24,678 bases of DNA from a virus. Its lineage: Duplodnaviria; Caudoviricetes. The notes beneath the pieces are model-generated. The model saw nothing but the letters and a program-made list of their open reading frames with translations, did no database searches and was not told where the DNA came from. Numbering within the stretch: position 1 is the stretch's first letter; each line of letters begins with the position of its first letter. Positions 9,881-16,712 of this stretch are shown here, one piece after another. The stretch lies in IMG/VR virus record IMGVR_UViG_3300025543_000203, positions 1 through 24,678 of that record, one strand, 5' to 3'. The position numbers were made by a program, and so were the translations under genes.

Positions 9881-10408
9881 ATGGCAATTTTAGGCGTAGA
9901 TGATTTTAAATCCAAGCTAGTAGGTGGTGGTGCACGTTCTAACATGTTCAAAGTAACATGTAACTTCCCTGCTTATGCTCAAGGCGATGTTGAACTTTCT
10001 TCTTTCATGATTAAAGGCGCGCAATTTCCTTCATCAGTAGTAGCTCCTGTACCTGTATTATTCAGAGGCAGACAACTACAACTTGCTGGTGATAGAACTT
10101 TTGAACCCGTTACATTGACTATCATCAATGATACTGGTTTCGAAGTACGAAACGCTTTCGAAAGATGGATGAATGGTATCAGCGAACATAACAATAACAC
10201 AGGAGCTAGTAATCCTACAGATTATATGGCCGATATTATTGTTGAGCAGCTAAATAAGCAAGGTGATGTAACTAAGACTTATGATATTAGAGGTTGTTTT
10301 CCAACAAATCTTTCTACAATCGAACTTTCATACGATAATGAAAACCAGATTGAAGAATTTACTGTTGAGCTACAAGTTCAGTATTGGGAGTCTGGTACCA
10401 CTTCTTAA
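9881..10408 (+). CDS. gp19: Tail tube protein gp19
   Basis: GGGARSNMF, FRGRQLQLAGDRTFEP and IEEFTVELQVQYW motifs. Confidence 0.96.
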   Translation: MAILGVDDFKSKLVGGGARSNMFKVTCNFPAYAQGDVELSSFMIKGAQFPSSVVAPVPVLFRGRQLQLAGDRTFEPVTLTIINDTGFEVRNAFERWMNGISEHNNNTGASNPTDYMADIIVEQLNKQGDVTKTYDIRGCFPTNLSTIELSYDNENQIEEFTVELQVQYWESGTTS

Positions 10409-10412
10409 AGGG

Positions 10413-10420
10413 TATAAATA
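10413..10420 (+). promoter_or_regulatory. Late promoter upstream of the portal gene
   Basis: TATAAATA directly after the gp19 stop codon. Confidence 0.8.
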
Positions 10421-10460
10421 ATATTAGACGAGGGGAGACTAACTCCCCTCCGATAATATT
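10420..10460 (+). other. Stem-loop in the gp19-gp20 spacer
   Basis: GAGGGGAG (10430-10437) pairs with CTCCCCTC (10443-10450) around a 5-nt loop; outer arms AATATTA/TAATATT; no U-tract. Confidence 0.7.
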
Positions 10461-10474
10461 GAGGTAAAATAAAA

Positions 10475-11965
10475 ATGGCAGAAATTTTTGGTTTTGAGAT
10501 CAATAGAAAAGGTGGAAAGGAACCCGATCTTCCTTCTTTTGTTCCCAGTACAGACGAAGATGGTGTAGGAGTTATTAACAGCGGTGGTCACTTTGGCCAG
10601 TACGTTGATATTGATGGCGACTCAGCTAAAAATGAAGTGGACCTTATTTTAAAGTATAGGGACATTGCATCACATCCAGAATGCGACGCAGCAATCGAAG
10701 ATATTGTAAATGAAGCGATTGTAGGTGATAATAGATCAGCACCTATTGAAATTATTATGGATGAACTAAAGGCATCGGATAAGATTAAAGGTGCTATTAA
10801 AGAAGAGTTTGAAAACGTAATATCCTTATTACATTTTAATGCGTATTCTCATGATATATTTAGAAAATGGTATGTTGATGGTAGATTACCATATCATGTT
10901 ATTATTGATAATGCAAACCCAAGAAAGGGTATACAAGAATTAAGATATATTGATCCAACTAAGCTTAGAAAGATTAAAGAGATCCAAGAAGAAAAGGATC
11001 CTAAGACTGGAGCCAATATAATTAAGAAGTCAGAAGAGTACTTCTTATTCCAAGATGGAAATATGGTTGGAAATAGCCAGGGATTAAAAATTCACCCCGA
11101 TTCAATTGCGTATTGTACTTCGGGTATGTTAGATCCATCACGTAAAAGAATCTTATCGCATTTGCAAAAGGCTATTAAGCCAACAAATCAGTTAAGAATG
11201 ATGGAAGACTCATTGGTAATCTATAGAATATCAAGAGCACCAGAAAGACGTATCTTCTATATTGACGTAGGTAACCTCCCTAAAGGTAAAGCTGAAGAAT
11301 ATTTGAAGAACATCATGGGTCAATATAGAAATAAATTGGTTTATGACGCCAGTACTGGAGATATTAAAGATGACCGTAAACATATGTCGATGCTCGAAGA
11401 CTTCTTCCTACCGCGTAGAGAAGGTGGCAGAGGTACAGAAATTTCGACCCTCCCAGGAGGAGAAAATCTCGGACAAATTGACGACATCATATACTTCCAA
11501 AAGAAACTATACAAGTCGCTCAACGTTCCTGCTAATCGTTTAGAACAAGAGTCTGGTTTTAACTTAGGTAGATCCACAGAGATCTCTAGAGATGAAGTTA
11601 AATTTAAGAAATTCTTAGATCGATTAAGAAAAAGATTTAGTGATCTATTTTTACAATTGCTCAGAACGCAATGTCTATTAAAGGGTATTGTAACCAAAGA
11701 AGATTGGGCTAAGTTTAAAGAAGATATTGCTTTTGATTTTATTGAAGATAATTACTTTAGTGAATTAAAAGAAGCTGAAATTCTAAGAGAAAGATTTGAA
11801 ATGCTATCACAAATGGACGAATACGTTGGAAAATACGTTTCTAATGAATGGATTCGTAAAACAGTTTTAAGACAGTCTGATGATGAGATTGCTCAAATTA
11901 AGAAGCAAATAGATGCTGAAAGAGCTTCTGGTGAAATCGAAGATGAAGACGATCTTGAAGATTAA
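10475..11965 (+). CDS. gp20: Portal protein gp20
   Basis: WYVDGR, LVIYRISRAPERRIFYIDVGNLPK and EDFFLPRREGGRGTEISTLPGG motifs. Confidence 0.98.
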   Translation: MAEIFGFEINRKGGKEPDLPSFVPSTDEDGVGVINSGGHFGQYVDIDGDSAKNEVDLILKYRDIASHPECDAAIEDIVNEAIVGDNRSAPIEIIMDELKASDKIKGAIKEEFENVISLLHFNAYSHDIFRKWYVDGRLPYHVIIDNANPRKGIQELRYIDPTKLRKIKEIQEEKDPKTGANIIKKSEEYFLFQDGNMVGNSQGLKIHPDSIAYCTSGMLDPSRKRILSHLQKAIKPTNQLRMMEDSLVIYRISRAPERRIFYIDVGNLPKGKAEEYLKNIMGQYRNKLVYDASTGDIKDDRKHMSMLEDFFLPRREGGRGTEISTLPGGENLGQIDDIIYFQKKLYKSLNVPANRLEQESGFNLGRSTEISRDEVKFKKFLDRLRKRFSDLFLQLLRTQCLLKGIVTKEDWAKFKEDIAFDFIEDNYFSELKEAEILRERFEMLSQMDEYVGKYVSNEWIRKTVLRQSDDEIAQIKKQIDAERASGEIEDEDDLED

Positions 11966-11970
11966 ATTAT

Positions 11971-11978
11971 TATAAATA
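11971..11978 (+). promoter_or_regulatory. Late promoter upstream of the gp67-like/gp21/gp22/gp23 cluster
   Basis: TATAAATA after the gp20 stop codon. Confidence 0.8.
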
Positions 11979-11998
11979 TATACAAAGGAAAGGAAATA

Positions 11999-12166
11999 AT
12001 GAGTATTATAGATTTGATTGATAATGTAAAAGGCGGAGACAATGTTCAAGCGGCTAAGGACTTTAATAGTGTTATGGCTGATAAGTTGACTGCTGCAATG
12101 GATGCTAAGAAGATTGAAGTAGCATCTACATTACAAGACAGACAAAGCTCCAAAGCGGAGCAATAG
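11999..12166 (+). CDS. Small prohead core protein, gp67-like (55 aa, not in the ORF track)
   Basis: Hand translation gives MSIIDLIDNVKGGDNVQAAKDFNSVMADKLTAAMDAKKIEVASTLQDRQSSKAEQ*. AAGGA RBS upstream; fills the gp20-gp21 gap where T4 has gp67; helical pattern fits. Confidence 0.8.
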   Translation: MSIIDLIDNVKGGDNVQAAKDFNSVMADKLTAAMDAKKIEVASTLQDRQSSKAEQ

Positions 12167-12178
12167 GAAATAAGTAAA

Positions 12179-12832
12179 ATGAAACTTATAGCAGAATATA
12201 ACGACAGTAACCTAGAGGTTATTGAAGAAAAAGTCAATGGTAAAAAGACTCTCGTAATTGAGGGTATCTTTATGCAAGCTGATTCTAAAAATAGAAACGG
12301 TCGAATATATGAAAAAAGTATATTAGAAGCTGCTGTTGCAAAGTACGTAAAAGAACAAGTAAGTACTGGAAGAGCCGTTGGGGAATTAAACCACCCTGAA
12401 GGTCCTTCCATTAACTTAGATAAAGTTTCACATAAGATTACCGAACTCAGGTTTGACGGAAGTAATGTTATAGGAAAAGCATCAATTCTTAATACTCCTA
12501 TGGGCAATATCGTAACTGGTTTGTTAGAAGGCGGAGTTAAGCTTGGTGTATCAAGTCGTGGTATGGGAAGTCTTGTAAACAAAAACGGCGCCATGTATGT
12601 GAAAGATGACTTTATGTTGTCTACTATAGATATCGTTCAAGACCCTTCAGCTCCAGAGGCATTTGTCAATGGAATTATGGAAGGTGTTGATTGGGTATGG
12701 AACAATGGTGTCCTTTGTCCACAAGAAGTTGAAAAAATTGAGACTGAAATCAAGGAAGCTCGAGGTATGCGTTCGTCGGATATTGAGATTAAAGCTTTTA
12801 AGAATTTCCTCTCTAAACTTGTAAATTCTTAA
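12179..12832 (+). CDS. gp21: Prohead protease gp21
   Basis: IEGIFMQA, NRNGRIY, GELNHP, LGVSSRGMGS and DIVQDPSAPEAFV motifs. Confidence 0.97.
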   Translation: MKLIAEYNDSNLEVIEEKVNGKKTLVIEGIFMQADSKNRNGRIYEKSILEAAVAKYVKEQVSTGRAVGELNHPEGPSINLDKVSHKITELRFDGSNVIGKASILNTPMGNIVTGLLEGGVKLGVSSRGMGSLVNKNGAMYVKDDFMLSTIDIVQDPSAPEAFVNGIMEGVDWVWNNGVLCPQEVEKIETEIKEARGMRSSDIEIKAFKNFLSKLVNS

Positions 12833-12846
12833 TAGGAGAATAAATT

Positions 12847-13950
12847 ATGTCTAATGACGAAATGCAAAACGATTTAGTCGAAGACGTATCAGAAACTGAA
12901 GAGCTTACTACCGAGGAGCTCGTTGAAGACGAACAAGTTCAAGACGAAGAAATCGTAGAAGCTAGTGATGACGCTAAGGATGAGGATGAAGACGAAGAGG
13001 AAGAAGTTAAGGAGAATTCTGATGAAGAAGACGACGAAGACGAAGAGCCTGTAGTTGAAATGCCGAAAACCAAAGCTGCTATTATGGCATCAGTAAATGA
13101 TATGTTGAAGAAATCGAAAAAAGAAGGTGCACAGAAGATCTATGCTCAAGTATATAAAGTGATCAATGCTCCAGACGTTGAAGCCCCCAAAGTAGCCAAG
13201 GAAGATGTCGATGTCGACGTTAGCCACATTGACTACCAAGAGGACTTAGATGGTTTGGTTGCTGAAGAAGCTACTTTATCTGACGGATTCCAAGCGAAAG
13301 CCGGAATCATTTTTGAAGCTGCTTTGAAGTCCAAAGTAAGTGCAGAAATTGAGAGATTAGAGTCTGAGTACGTTCAAAACCTTGAAGAAGAAGTAACTGA
13401 AATCAAGTCCGAGCTAGTAGAAAAGGTAGATTCATACCTCAACTACGTGGTTGGTAACTGGATGGATGAAAATAAAGTAGCAGTTGAAACTGGTCTTAGG
13501 ACTGAAATTGCTGAAGACTTTATGACTTCTCTACAATCAGTGTTCAAAGAACATTACATTGAGATTCCAGAAGGTAAAGTTAACATGATCGACGAATTAG
13601 CCGAACAAGTTGCTGAGCTGGAAGAGTCTCTAAATAAATCAGTTGAAGAAAATATCGCACTCACTGAGTCTGTTTCCGGTTTGGAAAGAGCTGAGATTGT
13701 ACGAAATGCTTCTTCTGGGCTAGCATTGACTGAAGCTGAAAAGCTTGCATCTTTGGTAGAAGATATTGATTTTGATACTGCAGAATCTTTCGAAATGAAA
13801 GTTAATGTTGTTAAAGAATCATACTTCAAATCTGAAGCTCAAGAATCAGTAGATGAAGCTCAAAAATTGGTTGGTACTGACGAAATTACAAATGACCTCA
13901 GTGAATCTATGGCTAGATATACATCAGCTATCTCAAAGTACAAAAAATAA
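12847..13950 (+). CDS. gp22: Prohead core scaffold protein gp22
   Basis: Acidic N-terminus; IFEAA, KVDSYLNYVV-x-x-WM-x-EN and LRTEIAEDFM motifs; synteny. Confidence 0.93.
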   Translation: MSNDEMQNDLVEDVSETEELTTEELVEDEQVQDEEIVEASDDAKDEDEDEEEEVKENSDEEDDEDEEPVVEMPKTKAAIMASVNDMLKKSKKEGAQKIYAQVYKVINAPDVEAPKVAKEDVDVDVSHIDYQEDLDGLVAEEATLSDGFQAKAGIIFEAALKSKVSAEIERLESEYVQNLEEEVTEIKSELVEKVDSYLNYVVGNWMDENKVAVETGLRTEIAEDFMTSLQSVFKEHYIEIPEGKVNMIDELAEQVAELEESLNKSVEENIALTESVSGLERAEIVRNASSGLALTEAEKLASLVEDIDFDTAESFEMKVNVVKESYFKSEAQESVDEAQKLVGTDEITNDLSESMARYTSAISKYKK

Positions 13951-13973
13951 ACGTCTTAATAGGAGAAACTTAA

Positions 13974-15314
13974 ATGTTTAACGCAGACAAAAACTTAATG
14001 GAAAAGTGGAGCCCGGTACTCGAGCACACAGATGTTCCTACAATTCAAGATAGTCATAAAGCAGCAGTAACTGCAAGACTATTGGAAAACCAAGAAATCG
14101 CTGCTCGTGAAGAGCACATTGCTAAGTCTAACACCTTCCTTGGGGAAGATGCTCCGGCTAACGCAACTGGTGACAATGTTGCCGGTTTTAATCCCGTTCT
14201 TATCTCTTTGGTAAGACGTGCAATGCCTAACCTTATCGCTTATGATATTGCTGGTGTTCAACCTATGACTGGTCCTACTGGTCTAATCTTTGCTATGAAG
14301 AGCAAGTACACAAGTCAAGTTGGTGCTGAAGCTTTGTTTGATGAAGCTAACACTGCTTTCTCTGGTGACACTAGTGTTACTCAAGAAGCTGGTCCTTCTG
14401 GTCTAGAAACTGCTGTCGATGATGGTGATGGTTCTTTGGCAACTGGTGAAACTGCTGGCGAAATCGTTTCCGATTATGCTGGTGGTCTTAGTACTGCTGC
14501 TTCTGAAGCATTGGGTACTGGCGGTTCAGGTGGTTCATTCGGTGAAATGGCGTTCTCAATCGAGAAAGCTACAGTAACTGCTAAGTCAAGAGCTCTTAAA
14601 GCTGAATATACTATGGAACTTGCTCAAGATCTTAAAGCAATCCACGGTCTAGATGCTGAAGGTGAACTTGCTACTATTCTTTCTTCTGAAATCCTCGCGG
14701 AAATCAACAGAGAAGTAGTTAGAACTGTAAACCGTACTGCTAAGCTAGGCGCTCTTCAGGCTTCTGCTTCTGTTAAAGGTATCTTCAATATGGATACTGA
14801 TTCAGACGGTCGTTGGTTGGCTGAGAAGGCTAAAGGTTTGATCGTACAGATTGAACGTGAAGCTAACGTTATTGCTAAAGAGACTCGCAGAGGCAAGGGT
14901 AACTATGTTATCTGTTCTTCTGACGTAGGTTCTGTACTTGCTGCTTCTGGTATGCTTGATTACAGCCCCGCTCTTGCTACTAACCTTAACGTAGATGATA
15001 CTGGTAATACTTTTGCCGGTGTTCTTAACGGTAAGTTTAAAGTATATGTTGATCCATATGCCAGTGGCGACTACGTTTGTGTAGGTTATAGAGGTACTAC
15101 TCCATATGACGCAGGTGTATTCTACTGCCCATACGTTCCTTTAACTATGGTTAAAGCGATCGGCGAGCAAGACTTCCAGCCAAGAATCGGCTTCAAAACT
15201 AGATACGGTATGGTTGCAAACCCATTCGTAGCTACTGATGGAACCGTTGGTGCTGATCGTGCTAACCCATACTTTAGAATCTTTAGAGTAGACGGTATCA
15301 TGGCTAGTGCTTAA
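13974..15314 (+). CDS. gp23: Major capsid protein gp23
   Basis: KWSPVL, LISLVRRAMPNLIAYDIAGVQPMTGPTGLIFAM, KSRALKAEYTMELAQDLKAIHGLDAE and FQPRIGFKTRYG motifs. Confidence 0.98.
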   Translation: MFNADKNLMEKWSPVLEHTDVPTIQDSHKAAVTARLLENQEIAAREEHIAKSNTFLGEDAPANATGDNVAGFNPVLISLVRRAMPNLIAYDIAGVQPMTGPTGLIFAMKSKYTSQVGAEALFDEANTAFSGDTSVTQEAGPSGLETAVDDGDGSLATGETAGEIVSDYAGGLSTAASEALGTGGSGGSFGEMAFSIEKATVTAKSRALKAEYTMELAQDLKAIHGLDAEGELATILSSEILAEINREVVRTVNRTAKLGALQASASVKGIFNMDTDSDGRWLAEKAKGLIVQIEREANVIAKETRRGKGNYVICSSDVGSVLAASGMLDYSPALATNLNVDDTGNTFAGVLNGKFKVYVDPYASGDYVCVGYRGTTPYDAGVFYCPYVPLTMVKAIGEQDFQPRIGFKTRYGMVANPFVATDGTVGADRANPYFRIFRVDGIMASA

Positions 15315-15334
15315 TCTTTAATTAGGTTAATCTT

Positions 15335-15360
15335 AAAGGGTCCTTCGGGGCCCTTTTTTT
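15335..15360 (+). terminator. Rho-independent terminator after gp23
   Basis: AAAGGGTCC-TTCG-GGGCCCTTT stem with a C(UUCG)G tetraloop followed by a T7 tract. Confidence 0.92.
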
Positions 15361-15365
15361 ATGTG

Positions 15366-15373
15366 TATAAATA
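15366..15373 (+). promoter_or_regulatory. Late promoter for the lipoprotein gene
   Basis: TATAAATA immediately after the gp23 terminator. Confidence 0.8.
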
Positions 15374-15465
15374 GATATAAGGAAGATGTTCTGCGTATCA
15401 AGTGGTACGTACCGCAGTAGTGGTAAATGGACCCATAGGACGGAATTACAGGATAGGAGATTATC

Positions 15466-15669
15466 ATGCATAAGATTTTTGCATTAATGACAGTAGTTTT
15501 GTTAGCTGGTTGTAATACAGTTGACTCAGTAATTGATGGCACTAAGAATATTGTTGGTGGTGTTGCGTCTGACGTTGCTGGAGTTACTACTGGCGCTTTA
15601 GATGTTGTATCTGGTACAATTAAAGGTGTAGCCGAGAAGACTGGTGTTGAAAAGACCGAAGCTAAATAA
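15466..15669 (+). CDS. Small lipoprotein, entericidin EcnA/B-like
   Basis: Signal peptide MHKIFALMTVVLLAG with lipobox LAG|C followed by CNT, as in entericidins. The mature part is a G/V/A/D amphipathic helix. AGGAG RBS upstream. Confidence 0.8.
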   Translation: MHKIFALMTVVLLAGCNTVDSVIDGTKNIVGGVASDVAGVTTGALDVVSGTIKGVAEKTGVEKTEAK

Positions 15670-15691
15670 GTAAAGTTTTAGGAGTAAGCCG

Positions 15692-15703
15692 GCCAAGGAT
15701 GGC
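15692..15703 (+). promoter_or_regulatory. CsrA/RsmA-type hairpin (GCCA-AGGA-TGGC)
   Basis: Perfect 4-bp stem presenting AGGA in the loop; matches the core CARGGAUG CsrA consensus. Confidence 0.5.
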
Positions 15704-15723
15704 ACATTCTAACATTTAAAGAG

Positions 15724-15731
15724 TATAAATA
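15724..15731 (+). promoter_or_regulatory. Late promoter 5 nt before the gp3 ATG
   Basis: TATAAATA-GATAT-ATG. Confidence 0.78.
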
Positions 15732-15736
15732 GATAT

Positions 15737-16195
15737 ATGACTACATCAAATAAAAACTTTTTAAGCCCAGTGGGGTTTCAATTTAAAATCGATTCTACTC
15801 AGTATTCTAACGTGGAATATTTTTGTACATCAGTAACGCTTCCAGATTTATCTCTATCAGAAGTGCCTACGCCATATAAGACATCGAATATGGGAATGAC
15901 TGGTGATCGAATTTCTTTTGGGGATCTATCAATTCGATTTAATATAACAGAAGATATGGAAAACTATATCGAAATGTTTAATTGGATGCATAATATAATT
16001 CAAAAGGGAGAGTCATTTAAATCAGATGCTACTCTTTCTATATTGAGTAGTCATAATAACGTAACAAAGGAAGTAACGTTTAGAGATTGCTTCCCAACTA
16101 GTTTAGCTGCTGTTGAATTTTCAACGCAACAAACTGATATTGAATATTTACAAGCTGACGTAACATTTAAATATACGTACTTTGAAGTAAATTAA
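15737..16195 (+). CDS. gp3: Tail tube terminator / tail completion protein gp3
   Basis: NFLSPVGFQF, YFCTSVTLP, F-x-ITEDMENYIEMFNWM, SDATLSIL and F-x-DCFPTSL motifs; precedes uvsY-uvsW as in marine T4-like phages. Confidence 0.88.
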   Translation: MTTSNKNFLSPVGFQFKIDSTQYSNVEYFCTSVTLPDLSLSEVPTPYKTSNMGMTGDRISFGDLSIRFNITEDMENYIEMFNWMHNIIQKGESFKSDATLSILSSHNNVTKEVTFRDCFPTSLAAVEFSTQQTDIEYLQADVTFKYTYFEVN

Positions 16196-16235
16196 GTATA
16201 CAGAAAATCCCCTTTCTGGGGTACTTTCTGTATAC
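16196..16235. repeat. Inverted repeat / stem-loop between gp3 and uvsY
   Basis: Perfect 11-bp arms GTATACAGAAA (16196-16206) and TTTCTGTATAC (16225-16235), with an inner CCCC/GGGG stem. Confidence 0.8.
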
Positions 16236-16236
16236 A

Positions 16237-16244
16237 TATAAATA
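16237..16244 (+). promoter_or_regulatory. Late promoter upstream of uvsY-uvsW
   Basis: TATAAATA, followed by a GGAG RBS and the ATG at 16266. Confidence 0.78.
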
Positions 16245-16265
16245 ATTTTATACTATGGAGATATA

Positions 16266-16712
16266 ATGAATAGCCTAGAAACAATACTTGAAATGTGGAA
16301 GAAAGATTCAGTAATTGATCAACTCGAATTAGATAAGTCTGCTCGAGATTCTGCAAAGCTTCATTCGAAGTACTTAGAACTATACTCAGTTAATAAATTA
16401 AGATTCAAGAAATTAGACCTTGAATTTAAAGTATTACTGAGAGACAAATTTATGCATTACAATGGTAAACTTACCCAAGTCGAATTAGACGCTAAAGGTT
16501 GGTCATATGATCCATTGAATGGACTTACTGTATTAAAAGGTGATATGGACAAGTGGTATGATGCTGATCCATTGATTCAAGAACATCAAGCTAAAATGCA
16601 TTATACCCAAGAGCTGATAGACACGTTAAAAGAGATAATGGAAAATGTCAAGTGGCGTCATCAGAATATCAAGAATATCATTGAATGGAATAAATTCACT
16701 AGCGGAATGTAA
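16266..16712 (+). CDS. uvsY: Recombination mediator UvsY
   Basis: W-x-KDS-x-ID, KLHSKYL and terminal IKNIIEWNKFTSG motifs; adjacent to uvsW. Confidence 0.9.
   Translation: MNSLETILEMWKKDSVIDQLELDKSARDSAKLHSKYLELYSVNKLRFKKLDLEFKVLLRDKFMHYNGKLTQVELDAKGWSYDPLNGLTVLKGDMDKWYDADPLIQEHQAKMHYTQELIDTLKEIMENVKWRHQNIKNIIEWNKFTSGM

Noticed and set aside
12960-13050. GAA/GAC-rich low-complexity tracts in gp22, and at about 23060-23250 in the VWA protein
   Set aside because: They are explained by acidic linkers that are normal for these proteins.
8924-14261. Antisense and alternative-frame ORFs inside gp18-gp23 (e.g. 8924-9334, 11341-11697, 12046-12594, 13554-13829)
   Set aside because: They are shadow frames of conserved genes, with no RBS, promoter or recognisable motifs.
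15374-15465. tRNA or a named riboswitch in the post-gp23 spacer
   Set aside because: I see no cloverleaf or T-loop and no aptamer consensus I can recognise. It is kept only as an unnamed structured leader.
15333-15542. 69-aa minus-strand ORF across the gp23 terminator and lipoprotein leader
   Set aside because: It runs through a terminator and a promoter, and the plus-strand lipoprotein has far stronger support.
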